This document shows, in pieces, positions 31,870-41,576 of a stretch of 64,000 nucleotides of DNA. The notes beneath the pieces are model-generated. The model saw only the letters and a list, made by a program, of their open reading frames with translations, had not been told where the DNA came from and searched no databases. Positions within the stretch are counted from its first letter, which is position 1, and each line of letters begins with the position of its first letter. This stretch comes from Parabacteroides sp. (GTDB lineage: Bacteria > Bacteroidota > Bacteroidia > Bacteroidales > Tannerellaceae). Location of the stretch: assembly GCA_019417325.1 (NCBI GenBank), contig DXVO01000026.1:11826-75825 (forward strand), written 5' to 3'. A program made the position numbers and the translations under genes.

Positions 31870-31910
31870 AAAAAATGGACTGTCTACAAGTTGTAAGCAG
31901 TCCATTTTTT
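31870..31910 (+). terminator. Terminator after tRNA-Arg
   Basis: ATGGACTG...CAGTCCAT followed by a T tract. Confidence 0.8.
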
Positions 31911-32131
31911 GTAACCTTCCCATCGATTGACAAGAAAGGTCCCGATTATTTTTAAAAAGATACCGTTGTTTTAGTAAAAAGATCCTTATGATTTATTCTT
32001 TCGACATAAATAATAAGAAAAAACAAGACTGTCAAAAGAAAGAACAATAACCATCAAAAGATTTTTTGTTCGGTTACTTTTTCAGAAAAGATGCCATTGA
32101 ATATAAAAAACAACAGCTACTTCTTCAAGAT

Positions 32132-32533
32132 TTATCTTGCCTTAAAAATAACCCTTTCACCATCCAGTAATCCGCTTAATTGATATCTGTCTATCCAGAC
32201 ATCATCAAAATAAGAAATGCCATCCGGATATTCCATAATTAACGAATTAGGGAGAGACGGGTCCCAACTCCAATAAAAATTAAAGATGACTCTTTCTGTT
32301 TCATTCTCCCAATAGTAATAATATTCACGACGATCTACCCCTCTACCATCCGGATAAAATACCAATTCCTGGAGACAGTCCGTATTATCATCAACAGCAA
32401 AATCATCCGCCCAGACATTATTGCACAACCAGTAATCCGGATCATCCGGAATATAGGGGTCCGGATTACAACTTATAAAGCTAACTAATATTGCAAACAG
32501 GAATAGTAATCCTGATATTTTCATCTTTTCCAT
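32132..32533 (-). CDS. Small lipoprotein of unknown function
   Basis: Lipobox FIS-C; aromatic beta-strand-rich sequence. Confidence 0.75.
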   Translation of the reverse strand: MEKMKISGLLFLFAILVSFISCNPDPYIPDDPDYWLCNNVWADDFAVDDNTDCLQELVFYPDGRGVDRREYYYYWENETERVIFNFYWSWDPSLPNSLIMEYPDGISYFDDVWIDRYQLSGLLDGERVIFKAR

Positions 32534-32610
32534 AACTTCATACCTTTCTATTCAATAACAAAGGTAATGAATAAATTGATGCAGAATTACTATTCCTATT
32601 TATAATCCTA

Positions 32611-33552
32611 TCAATCTGGCAATTCATTTTCAACAACAGGATCCCACTTCCCTCCTTCAAAAACCGACAACTGGAAAGCATCGTCAGATTCCGAATGGCG
32701 ATATAAACGTCCGGTATACCGAATAATCTTATTTTCTTCAGGAGTTACGCCCGTAATATTTCTCTCTCTTAATAATTTACCACTAGTATCCAAAGCAGAC
32801 AGTTTAACATCAAAAGAAGTAACAACCGCAGGGATAAATGTATAAAAAGAATGAACCATATCCATTTTCCCTATATCCTCGGGAGTAAACTGATAAGAAA
32901 GGACTTGTTCACTTTCACTGACTATTCCTTGGCCAGTGGATAAATCAAATTGCTTTATTTTTTTAGAGACAAGCATATCGAAATGATTTACACTTTCAGG
33001 AACAGAATCGATTGCTTTGAACTCAATTCGTCCAACAGCCCTGTGCAAGGGTATATCTTCCTCCACCAATTCTGCTGCAGTAATATCTCTCGCCAATTCA
33101 GCATAAAAAGAATCTGAAACCTCATCAAAGTTCAAGACCGAACCAACTAACTCCGGCTTTTTCGAATTATGTGCCAGAAAATAAAACTGATACTTCCCTT
33201 TGGGTAATGTATCATAAACAATACCGAAATCCAAATCTCCCACAACTGCACGCCTGTATTTCACAAACTTAGGAGTTTCTCCCTGCTCAAAAACCACATA
33301 CTCGATCGCATTACAGAGCTCACTCAATTCTTGTTCTGTAGCATCACCGGCTTTCACTGTAGGTTCTGGAATAGGATTGTCCGGAATACTTTTGGTTGAA
33401 GGAAACGATAAGACTTCCTTTTTCATTTGAAGGCAGAATTGGAGAGGATAAGGTTTATCTGCCGGAAATTCGGGTTCCTCAGTAGAGGAGTTACGACTGC
33501 AACCTGCCAGGCATAATACACCGGCAAGTGCGAACACTGCATTTTTCTTCAT
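32611..33552 (-). CDS. FimB/Mfa2-like (type V pilin family) lipoprotein
   Basis: Lipobox LAG-C; LPKGKYQFYFLAHN, DSFY and LHRAVGRIEF motifs. Confidence 0.65.
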   Translation of the reverse strand: MKKNAVFALAGVLCLAGCSRNSSTEEPEFPADKPYPLQFCLQMKKEVLSFPSTKSIPDNPIPEPTVKAGDATEQELSELCNAIEYVVFEQGETPKFVKYRRAVVGDLDFGIVYDTLPKGKYQFYFLAHNSKKPELVGSVLNFDEVSDSFYAELARDITAAELVEEDIPLHRAVGRIEFKAIDSVPESVNHFDMLVSKKIKQFDLSTGQGIVSESEQVLSYQFTPEDIGKMDMVHSFYTFIPAVVTSFDVKLSALDTSGKLLRERNITGVTPEENKIIRYTGRLYRHSESDDAFQLSVFEGGKWDPVVENELPD

Positions 33553-33732
33553 AGCTAAGTTTTTTTGTATTTGTTATCGCAGCAAAGAAAACATTTATTA
33601 ATGAGATTAAGAAATATTACAGATAAATATCTATCCTACTTTTTACTTTTTATGCAAAAACAACACCTACCCACCTTGTCAATCACTTAATTATAACTAC
33701 TTTTGCGATTGAGAAAAAGTTAAAACTAAAGT

Positions 33733-34629
33733 ATGAAAAAGATTAGAGCTGCCATTGTTGGATATGGCAATATTGGAAAGTATGTATTGGAGGCCTTGGA
33801 AGCCGCTCCCGATTTTGAAGTAGCCGGTGTTGTACGTCGTAACCCGAACGATATTCCGGACGAATTAAAAGCTTATACCGTAACAGACCATATTACTAAA
33901 CTGGAAAATGTAGACGTAGCAGTACTGGCTACTCCTACCCGCAGCGTTGAGACTTTTGCTAAAGAGATTTTGGCTTTAGGCATCAACACAGTAGATAGCT
34001 TCGACATTCACGGAGGTATTGTAGATTTGCGCAAATCACTGGACGAAGTTGCCAAAGCTCACAACACTGTAGCTGTAATCTCTGCCGGATGGGATCCGGG
34101 AAGCGACTCTGTAGTTCGCGCCTTGTTGGAAGCGATGGTTCCGAAAGGTATCACATATACAAACTTCGGCCCGGGTATGAGTATGGGACACACCGTTGCT
34201 GTTAAAGCTATCGAAGGCGTAAAAGCAGCTTTGTCCATGACAATACCTTTAGGCACAGGCGTTCATCGCCGTATGGTCTATATCGAAGTAAAAGACGGTT
34301 ACGATTTCAAACAGGTAGCAGCAGCTATCAAGGCTGACGATTATTTCGCACACGACGAGACACACGTTATGCAGGTAGAATGTGTGGACAACCTGTTGGA
34401 TATGGGACACGGTGTAAATCTTGTACGCAAAGGCGTTTCTGGAAAAACCCAGAACCAGTTGGTTGAATTCGACATGAAGATAAACAACCCGGCATTGACT
34501 GCACAAATCCTCGTTTCCGTTGCCCGCGCAAGCTTCAAACAACAGCCTGGAGCTTATACAATGATCGAGTTGCCGGTTATTGACATGCTTTACGGAGAAA
34601 AAGAAAGCCTGATACGCAGACTCGTATAA
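33733..34629 (+). CDS. ddh: meso-Diaminopimelate dehydrogenase
   Basis: IVGYGNIG, DSFDIH, GWDPG and FGPGMSMGH motifs. Confidence 0.95.
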   Translation: MKKIRAAIVGYGNIGKYVLEALEAAPDFEVAGVVRRNPNDIPDELKAYTVTDHITKLENVDVAVLATPTRSVETFAKEILALGINTVDSFDIHGGIVDLRKSLDEVAKAHNTVAVISAGWDPGSDSVVRALLEAMVPKGITYTNFGPGMSMGHTVAVKAIEGVKAALSMTIPLGTGVHRRMVYIEVKDGYDFKQVAAAIKADDYFAHDETHVMQVECVDNLLDMGHGVNLVRKGVSGKTQNQLVEFDMKINNPALTAQILVSVARASFKQQPGAYTMIELPVIDMLYGEKESLIRRLV

Positions 34630-34632
34630 ATT

Positions 34633-34703
34633 AGTTGACAAGTAGCAGTTGACAATTTATGAATTGTATTTAACTGTCAACTGTTACTTGTCAACTGTCA
34701 ACT
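34633..34703. repeat. Heptamer-unit (AGTTGAC) inverted repeat between ddh and lgt
   Basis: AGTTGACAAGTAGCAGTTGACA / TGTCAACTGTTACTTGTCAACT (21/22) plus an extra GTCAACT. Confidence 0.9.
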
Positions 34704-34712
34704 TAAAAGAAT

Positions 34713-35534
34713 ATGCTTGATTTTATTACCTGGACAGCCGATCCCGCTATTTTCACTATCGGCTCGCGTGAAATACGTTGGTACGGACTGGCTTTTGCCA
34801 TCGGTTTTGCTATCGGTTACATGATAGTGGAAAAGATGTGGAAAAAGGAAAAACTGAATCCTGCCTGGATTGATTCCTTGTTATTGTATACAATTATAGG
34901 AACAGTAGTTGGTGCCCGGTTAGGGCATGTCCTTTTTTATGACCCCGGTTATTATTTAGCCCATCCCGTAGAAATCTTAAAGGTATGGGAAGGCGGGCTT
35001 GCCAGCCATGGAGGTACACTGGGTATCATCATCGCCATTTATTTCTATTCCAAACGTGTCAGCCACCGCAGCATGCTATGGGCGTTCGACAAACTGGTAG
35101 TACCCACCGGACTTGTTGCAGCCATGATACGTTTCGGAAACCTGATGAACCATGAAATATACGGTCATCCTACCGATAAACCCTGGGGATTCCGGTTCAT
35201 AGAAAACCTGCACGCCTGGAAACAGGGAGCAGAACCCATATTCACAGCCCCGAGTCATCCGACACAACTCTACGAAGCAGGTTGTTACCTTGCTACATTC
35301 GCGCTTTGTATGTGGCTCTATTTCAAAAAAGAGGCATGGAAAAAAGAGGGGCTAATATTCGGAGTATTTATGATTTGCATATTCGGTTCACGCTTTTTCA
35401 TCGAATTCCTGAAAAACAATCAGGAAGAGTTTGAAGCAGATATGATGCTGAATATGGGACAATGGCTCAGTATTCCGTTCGTGCTTATGGGTTGTTATTT
35501 CGTCTGGAGAGCATTAAGAAAAAAAGTAAACTAA
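34713..35534 (+). CDS. lgt: Prolipoprotein diacylglyceryl transferase
   Basis: RWYG, GARLGH, GGLASHGG, RFGNLMNHE and HPTQLYE motifs. Confidence 0.97.
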   Translation: MLDFITWTADPAIFTIGSREIRWYGLAFAIGFAIGYMIVEKMWKKEKLNPAWIDSLLLYTIIGTVVGARLGHVLFYDPGYYLAHPVEILKVWEGGLASHGGTLGIIIAIYFYSKRVSHRSMLWAFDKLVVPTGLVAAMIRFGNLMNHEIYGHPTDKPWGFRFIENLHAWKQGAEPIFTAPSHPTQLYEAGCYLATFALCMWLYFKKEAWKKEGLIFGVFMICIFGSRFFIEFLKNNQEEFEADMMLNMGQWLSIPFVLMGCYFVWRALRKKVN

Positions 35535-35544
35535 TTTAATTTTT

Positions 35545-35622
35545 AGTTGACAGCCGGCAAGCACAGTTTAGACTCTCAAATATTCTTTGCAACTGCCCCT
35601 TGCCAACTGCCAACTATCAACT
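35545..35622. repeat. Degenerate copy of the heptamer inverted repeat between lgt and fprA
   Basis: AGTTGACAGCCGGCAAG...CTTGCCAACTGCCAACTATCAACT. Confidence 0.65.
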
Positions 35623-35630
35623 GAATAAAG

Positions 35631-36827
35631 ATGTACAAGTTAAAAGAAATCGCAGATAAAATTTATTATGTAGGGGTAAACGACCGCCAAAAAGCGCTGT
35701 TCGAAAACATGTGGCCGCTTCCTTACGGCGTATCATATAACTCCTATTTGATTGTTGATGAAAAAACAGTTCTCGTCGATACCGTAGACGTTTGTTACTC
35801 TGATATTTTCCTAAAAAAAATAGCAGATGCCCTGGACGGACGGACGCTCGATTACCTGATTGTAAACCATATGGAACCGGACCATGCCGGAAGTATCCGC
35901 CTGTTGCGCCAGCAATATCCCGACGTACAGATTATCGGCAACAAGCAGACATTCGGAATGCTGGATGGTTATCATGGCATCACGACCGGATTACATGAAG
36001 TGAAAGAAGGGGATACTCTGAACATCGGACGTCACCAATTGGCATTCTACATGACACCGATGGTACACTGGCCGGAGGTTATGGTGACATATGATGCTAC
36101 AGATAAAATACTTTTCTCTGCCGATGCCTTCGGTACATACGGAACATTGGACGGCGGTATTATCGACACCGATATGAATGTCGAACATTTCTGGGAAGAA
36201 ATGATTCGCTACTATTCCAATATTGTCGGTAAATATGGAAATCCGGTACAACGCGCTCTTCAAAAATTGTCGGCACTGGACATTCAAACCATTTGTTCCA
36301 CACATGGTCCTGTCTGGCGCGAACACATTGCTAAAGCGATAGACGTTTACGACCGCTTGAGCCGTTACGAAGGCGAAGAAGGCGTCGTGATTCTTTATGG
36401 CAGCATGTATGGAAATACCGAACAGATGGCGGAAGCTATTGCCTCTGCCCTGTCTGAAGGCGGCATCAAAAACATCGTTATGCACAATGTCAGCAAGAGC
36501 CCGGCTTCTTATATATTAAAGGATGTATTCAAATACAATGCATTGATAGTGGGTAGTCCGACTTATAGTAACAGTCTTTTCCCCGAAGTGGAAGCAATCT
36601 TAAGCAAAATAGAAATGCGTGAAGTGAAAAATCGCCTGTATGGTTATTTCGGTTCATTTACCTGGGCGGGGGCTGCCGTAAAACGCCTTGCCGCATTCGG
36701 CGAAAAGATGAAATGGGAAACAGTAGGTGTACCTGTTGAACAGAAACAAGGGCTGAAAGCAGATAAATATTACGCTTGCCGTGAATTGGGTCTCGCTATG
36801 GCAGAACAATTGAAAAGCAAAAGATAA
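35631..36827 (+). CDS. fprA: Flavodiiron protein (FprA)
   Basis: NHMEPDH, HWPE, SADAFG and SMYGNT motifs. Confidence 0.93.
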   Translation: MYKLKEIADKIYYVGVNDRQKALFENMWPLPYGVSYNSYLIVDEKTVLVDTVDVCYSDIFLKKIADALDGRTLDYLIVNHMEPDHAGSIRLLRQQYPDVQIIGNKQTFGMLDGYHGITTGLHEVKEGDTLNIGRHQLAFYMTPMVHWPEVMVTYDATDKILFSADAFGTYGTLDGGIIDTDMNVEHFWEEMIRYYSNIVGKYGNPVQRALQKLSALDIQTICSTHGPVWREHIAKAIDVYDRLSRYEGEEGVVILYGSMYGNTEQMAEAIASALSEGGIKNIVMHNVSKSPASYILKDVFKYNALIVGSPTYSNSLFPEVEAILSKIEMREVKNRLYGYFGSFTWAGAAVKRLAAFGEKMKWETVGVPVEQKQGLKADKYYACRELGLAMAEQLKSKR

Positions 36828-36899
36828 TCTTATTTATAAACGCTGGAGATTGCAAGTCGCCGTATTGTAGCTTTCAATCTCCTATTAAAAAAACACGTT

Positions 36900-37712
36900 A
36901 TGAGACTTATTATTGAACCTAATTACGAGCAGCTTTCCAAATGGGCTGCCAATTATGTGGCTGCAAAGATTAAAAAAGCGAATCCGACAGCAGAAAAACC
37001 ATTTGTACTAGGCTTGCCTACCGGTTCTTCACCTCTGGGAATGTACAAAAACCTGATTGAATTGAATAAACAAGGAGTCATCTCCTTCCAGCATATCATC
37101 ACTTTCAATATGGACGAATATGTAGGATTGCCGAAAGACCATCCTGAAAGTTACCACTCTTTCATGTGGAACAATTTCTTCAGCCATATCGACATCAAAC
37201 CGGAAAACGTAAATATACTGAATGGTAACGCACCCGACCTGGAAGCCGAATGTAATGCTTACGAAGCTAAAATGAAAGCGGTAGGCGGCGTTGATTTATT
37301 CCTCGGAGGCATCGGACCCGACGGACATATCGCATTCAACGAACCGGGCTCTTCCCTGTCTTCACGCACACGTGTAAAAACATTGACTACAGATACGATC
37401 ATTGCAAACTCGCGTTTCTTTGATAATGATGTAAACAAAGTGCCAAAGACTTCCGTAACAGTTGGTGTAGGTACCGTACTGGATGCAAAAGAAGTACTGA
37501 TTATGGTAAACGGTCACAATAAGGCCCGCGCTTTACAGCAGGTAGTAGAAGGTGCAGTAAACCAGATGTGGACTATCACTGCATTACAATTGCACCCGAA
37601 AGGTATCATCGTAGCTGATGAAGCCGCTTGTGCCGAGATAAAGGTGGGTACTTATAACTATTTCAAAGATATTGAAAAAGATAATCTTTGTCCCTGCACT
37701 TTACTGAAATAA
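36900..37712 (+). CDS. nagB: Glucosamine-6-phosphate deaminase
   Basis: [15 protein letters not shown] and [14 protein letters not shown] motifs. Confidence 0.97.
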   Translation: MRLIIEPNYEQLSKWAANYVAAKIKKANPTAEKPFVLGLPTGSSPLGMYKNLIELNKQGVISFQHIITFNMDEYVGLPKDHPESYHSFMWNNFFSHIDIKPENVNILNGNAPDLEAECNAYEAKMKAVGGVDLFLGGIGPDGHIAFNEPGSSLSSRTRVKTLTTDTIIANSRFFDNDVNKVPKTSVTVGVGTVLDAKEVLIMVNGHNKARALQQVVEGAVNQMWTITALQLHPKGIIVADEAACAEIKVGTYNYFKDIEKDNLCPCTLLK

Positions 37713-37754
37713 TATTTCACAGGACATAAAGGGCGGACAATCTGCCATATAGAT

Positions 37755-37791
37755 AAAAAAGGACTGGGTTCGGCTGAACTTGGTCCTTTTT
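37755..37791. terminator. Terminator after nagB (potentially bidirectional)
   Basis: A6-GGACTGGGTTC-GGCT-GAACTTGGTCC-T5. Confidence 0.85.
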
Positions 37792-37802
37792 GTTTTCTTA
37801 TG

Positions 37803-37905
37803 CAAGCAGTACTGTTGAGGTATTCGCAATACCCCTGTTGCGACACTCACAATAATATTGTTACGGGTATTGCAACAGCACTGTTCGACTTCCCACAACA
37901 GGTGC
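37803..37905. repeat. Five degenerate 23-bp-period units with core CAAYA-N4-TGTT
   Basis: CAA starts at 37827, 37850, 37873 and 37896, and at about 37803. Confidence 0.7.
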
Positions 37906-37955
37906 TTTAATAAAAAACCTCGCGAATGCCCGAAGGAAACGAATAATATAATGTA

Positions 37956-38555
37956 TTAAAAATTCAATTCCAACTGTTCAGGAAGCAAAGTGAAAGTTTT
38001 ACGATGATAAGACGTTATCCCGTTGTCCCGGATAGCCTCCCGATGGGCTTTCGTGGGATATCCCTTATTTTCATTCCAATGATAAGCGGGATATTCTTCG
38101 GCCAAAGCATTCATATAATCATCGCGATAGGTCTTTGCCAAGATAGAAGCGGCGGCAATACTCAAATATTTACCATCTCCTTTCACGACAGTAGTATGCG
38201 AAATATCCGGATAAGGAGTAAAACGGTTTCCATCTATCAACAGATGTTCCGGTTTCACCTTCAATTGCTCTATTGCCCGGTGCATTGCAAGGAAAGAAGC
38301 CTTCAGTATATTTATTTTGTCTATCTCTTCCGGGGTAACCACTCCTACCGCCCATGCAATTGCCTCCTGCTCGATAATAGAACGAAGCGCATAACGCTTT
38401 TTCTCACTCAACTGCTTGCTGTCGTTCAAATCTTCATTATGAAAATCAGGAGGCAGAATAACAGCCGCTGCATATACCGAACCGGCAAGACATCCTCGCC
38501 CAGCCTCATCACAGCCGGCTTCTATACGGTTTGCTTCTAAAAAAGGAAGTAACAT
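37956..38555 (-). CDS. rnhB: Ribonuclease HII
   Basis: [24 protein letters not shown] and KGYPT motifs. Confidence 0.97.
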   Translation of the reverse strand: MLLPFLEANRIEAGCDEAGRGCLAGSVYAAAVILPPDFHNEDLNDSKQLSEKKRYALRSIIEQEAIAWAVGVVTPEEIDKINILKASFLAMHRAIEQLKVKPEHLLIDGNRFTPYPDISHTTVVKGDGKYLSIAAASILAKTYRDDYMNALAEEYPAYHWNENKGYPTKAHREAIRDNGITSYHRKTFTLLPEQLELNF

Positions 38556-38575
38556 AAGAAATTCTTGTTATCGAA

Positions 38576-38977
38576 TTATTTGTTTGTTTGTTTCTTTATC
38601 ATCCACGGGCGAATAATAAAATAAGATACCAGAGTAGCCAATGTTACTCCAATTGTATTTGCAAGAAAATCAAGCCAGTCTCCACCCCGGTAGGTCGTAC
38701 AGTATTCCTGAAGAATCTCAATGATACCACTCATAGCTATCGGACAGAGTACCGCACCAATCCAAGCATGCCATAATACATCTTCATAACGACGATGGTT
38801 CAACAGAAACTCAATCCATAGCATTCCCGATACTCCTCCATACATACATATATGTACCAACTTGTCCAGATTCGGAATCTTCCCCACATCCAATGACGGT
38901 GGTTTAAAAAAGGATAAATAAATAACAATTGCAATAATCGTTAATGATATCGGATACTTCTTCAGATAATACCACAT
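38576..38977 (-). CDS. VanZ-like membrane protein
   Basis: DKLVH, EILQ and RGGDWLDFLAN motifs. Confidence 0.85.
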   Translation of the reverse strand: MWYYLKKYPISLTIIAIVIYLSFFKPPSLDVGKIPNLDKLVHICMYGGVSGMLWIEFLLNHRRYEDVLWHAWIGAVLCPIAMSGIIEILQEYCTTYRGGDWLDFLANTIGVTLATLVSYFIIRPWMIKKQTNK

Positions 38978-39001
38978 AAAAACTTTTTCAAAGGTTTATT
39001 T

Positions 39002-40216
39002 TTAAAACATTTTCCGGACACGCTCTACTCCTGCTGCGAAAACGTCTATTTCTTCTTTTGTATTATAGAAAGAGAAAGAGGCACGAACAGTACCCTCTAT
39101 TCCCAAAGCATGCATCAGCGGTTGGGCACAGTGATGACCGGTACGGACTGCTATTCCCAGACGGTCCAGCAACATTCCCATGTCATAATGGTGGATATTC
39201 CCTACAAGGAACGACAGAACTCCGCTTTTGTGAGCTGTCTGACCGAAAATGCGCATTCCTTCTATCGCTTTCAGTTTATCTGTTGCATAATGAAGCAATT
39301 CTTCTTCATAGGCAGCAATATTGTTTATGCCTATCTTTTCCACATAGCGAAGTGCTTCCGCCAGGGCTGTACTTCCTATATAGTCGGGGGTTCCTGCTTC
39401 AAATTTGAATGGAAGCTCATTAAACACGGTCTTGTCGAAAGAAACTGTGGCAATCATTTCGCCGCCACCCTGGTATGGGGGTAGTTTATCCAGCCATTCT
39501 TCTTTGCCATACAGAACGCCGATACCAGTAGGCCCATATATTTTATGACCAGAGAAGACATAAAACTCTGCATCCAGGTCCTGTACATCCACTTTCATAT
39601 GAGGTACGGACTGTGCACCGTCTATCAAAACCGGAACATCATGCAGGTGAGCTTCTTCTATCATTTCCTTTACCGGATTGACAGTTCCCAATACATTGGA
39701 AACATGCGTAACCGAAACCAGACGTGTACGCTCAGAGAAAAGGCTGCGGTAGGTATCCATGCAAAGTTCACCCTTTTCATTCATCGGGATGACTTTCAGG
39801 GTAATTCCTTTGCGGGCAGCCTGTATCTGCCAGGGAACGATATTGGAATGATGTTCCATAACAGAGACTATTACTTCATCACCTGCCGACATACACTCGT
39901 CGGTAAAAGAAGAAGCAACCAGGTTAATCGCTTCCGTAGTACCACGTGTAAAAATGATTTCGTTGGATGAACGGGCATTCATAAAATGCTGCACGGTACG
40001 CCTTGCTTCTTCATGAGCCTCTGTAGCAGCCTGGCTCAGGAAATGAACTCCGCGGTGGATATTGGCATTTACATTATAATAACCGTCTTCTATCTTTTCT
40101 ACCACACAACGGGGTTTCTGGGTAGTTGCTCCGTTATCAAAATAAATAAGAGGCTTATCGTATATCTTATGTTCCAAAATAGGAAAATCTTTCCGTATGG
40201 ACTCAACATTAAACAT
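39002..40216 (-). CDS. sufS: Cysteine desulfurase SufS
   Basis: Probable start MFNVESIRKDFPIL; DNGATTQKP, SGHK and RTGHHCA motifs. Confidence 0.95.
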   Translation of the reverse strand: MFNVESIRKDFPILEHKIYDKPLIYFDNGATTQKPRCVVEKIEDGYYNVNANIHRGVHFLSQAATEAHEEARRTVQHFMNARSSNEIIFTRGTTEAINLVASSFTDECMSAGDEVIVSVMEHHSNIVPWQIQAARKGITLKVIPMNEKGELCMDTYRSLFSERTRLVSVTHVSNVLGTVNPVKEMIEEAHLHDVPVLIDGAQSVPHMKVDVQDLDAEFYVFSGHKIYGPTGIGVLYGKEEWLDKLPPYQGGGEMIATVSFDKTVFNELPFKFEAGTPDYIGSTALAEALRYVEKIGINNIAAYEEELLHYATDKLKAIEGMRIFGQTAHKSGVLSFLVGNIHHYDMGMLLDRLGIAVRTGHHCAQPLMHALGIEGTVRASFSFYNTKEEIDVFAAGVERVRKMF

Positions 40217-40359
40217 AACCATATCTTTTTGTTTTATAACGGTGTCAAAGATACGATGTTTGAACGTCTTTTTATTGTGAATAAGAGCGAAAATATAATG
40301 TATTAAGTTTCTATATCTCAAAAAAACATAGAATGAATGGATTTACAAAATTTTATCCG

Positions 40360-40367
40360 TATGTTTG
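40360..40367 (+). promoter_or_regulatory. -7 element implying a roughly 170-nt leader for the cold-shock gene
   Basis: TATGTTTG. Confidence 0.45.
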
Positions 40368-40543
40368 TACAAAAACAATCAGGGTTATTCTGAAATCTTC
40401 TTGAGCATGCTTGATTCCGCTTTATTATTGCGGACCACACCATCCCCAAATTGAATCATAATCAGCTCTTTTGTTCAAAACAAAACAAATTGCAGACATA
40501 CCAATTGTACGTATGCCTGCGATATATATTATATTAATTTAAA

Positions 40544-40987
40544 ATGACAAAAAGAATTACAACAGGAAAAAGAGACAGAGAAAAGATTAAACAGCAAAAA
40601 AGACAAGACAAGCAGAAACGAAAAGAAGAACGTTCCGTCAGCGGAAGCCGTAGTTTTGAAGAAATGCTTGCCTATGTTGACGAAAATGGGGTTATTCATT
40701 CCACTCCTCAGGACATTGCGCCTAAAGAAGAAATTGATGCCTCAACAATAGCGATATCTGTTCCCAAAAAGACAGAGACAGAAGAAATTCTTCCCTTGAA
40801 CGGGCGTGTAGAATTTTTTAATACATCTAAAGGCTATGGTTTTATAAAAGATACAGAAAATAATGAAAAATATTTTTTCCATGCTTCCATGGCTTTTGAC
40901 GGAATAGCCGAAGGTGATAAAGTAACATTCGAAATAGAACGTGGCATGCGGGGTATGAACGCTGTACGGATTTCAATCATTAAATAA
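40544..40987 (+). CDS. Cold-shock-domain protein with a basic N-terminal extension
   Basis: GRVEFFNTSKGYGFI and FFH motifs. Confidence 0.9.
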   Translation: MTKRITTGKRDREKIKQQKRQDKQKRKEERSVSGSRSFEEMLAYVDENGVIHSTPQDIAPKEEIDASTIAISVPKKTETEEILPLNGRVEFFNTSKGYGFIKDTENNEKYFFHASMAFDGIAEGDKVTFEIERGMRGMNAVRISIIK

Positions 40988-41007
40988 CAATTTTAACAAA
41001 CAAAAAA

Positions 41008-41400
41008 ATGAACATTTATGTTTCAAATTTAAGCTGGGGCACAAGCGCGGACGGCTTACAAGAATTATTCTCACAATATGGCGAAGTTGATTCGGTTAAA
41101 ATCATAACCGACCGTGAAACAGGACGTTCACGTGGATTCGGTTTTGTGGAAATGCCTAACGATAGCGAAGGGCAGAAAGCAATCGATGAACTGCATGAAA
41201 CGGAATTCGAAGGTAAAACAATAAACGTAACCGTAGCACGCCCCAAAACAGAAAGACCATCAAGAGGTTTTAGCAACGGCGGTGGCGGCTATGGCGGTGG
41301 TAGCGGTTATAACGGCGGTGGCGGTGGCTACCGTGGTGGCGGCAATCGCGGTGGTGGTAACAACCGTGGCGACGGTGGATACAATCGTGGAAGATATTAA
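41008..41400 (+). CDS. RRM RNA-binding protein with Gly-rich tail
   Basis: IYVSNL (RNP2) and RGFGFVEM (RNP1). Confidence 0.93.
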   Translation: MNIYVSNLSWGTSADGLQELFSQYGEVDSVKIITDRETGRSRGFGFVEMPNDSEGQKAIDELHETEFEGKTINVTVARPKTERPSRGFSNGGGGYGGGSGYNGGGGGYRGGGNRGGGNNRGDGGYNRGRY

Positions 41401-41427
41401 TCATCCTTTTGGTGTCAAAAAATAAGG

Positions 41428-41476
41428 AAGGCTGCCAGGACTTACGGAATTTACTCCAAGTCCGGCAGCCTTTTTC
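41428..41476 (+). terminator. Terminator after the RRM gene
   Basis: AAGGCTGCC...GGCAGCC followed by T5. Confidence 0.8.
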
Positions 41477-41576
41477 ATTTCCGGCAACCTCACCTCGGGT
41501 ATTGTCTCTTTTCGGTTTTTATCTTTACCTTTGCACGACAAACAAAAAATAGCTACCTGCTTATCCGGATAATAGA

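Noticed and set aside
31593..31871. 92-aa minus-strand ORF
   Set aside because: Overlaps tRNA-Arg and recO; spurious
31933..31997. Weak AAAAAGAT phasing at 21-22 bp
   Set aside because: Too degenerate in AT-rich DNA to support
31797..33600. Integrative element at tRNA-Arg
   Set aside because: No integrase, and no duplicated tRNA 3' end was seen
36845..36882. Hairpin between fprA and nagB
   Set aside because: Imperfect single hairpin with no link to the repeat families
37803..37905. Possible CRISPR array (also 50749-50817 and 12581-12646)
   Set aside because: The 22-23 bp period leaves no spacer-length sequence, the units are degenerate, and no cas genes are present
40217..40321. N-terminal extensions in the ORF track (sufS; likewise 30879-30941 and 42800-42865)
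   Set aside because: Downstream starts fit family N-termini and promoter positions better
41275..41395. GGC/GGT-rich repeats
   Set aside because: They encode the ordinary Gly-rich tail of the RRM protein
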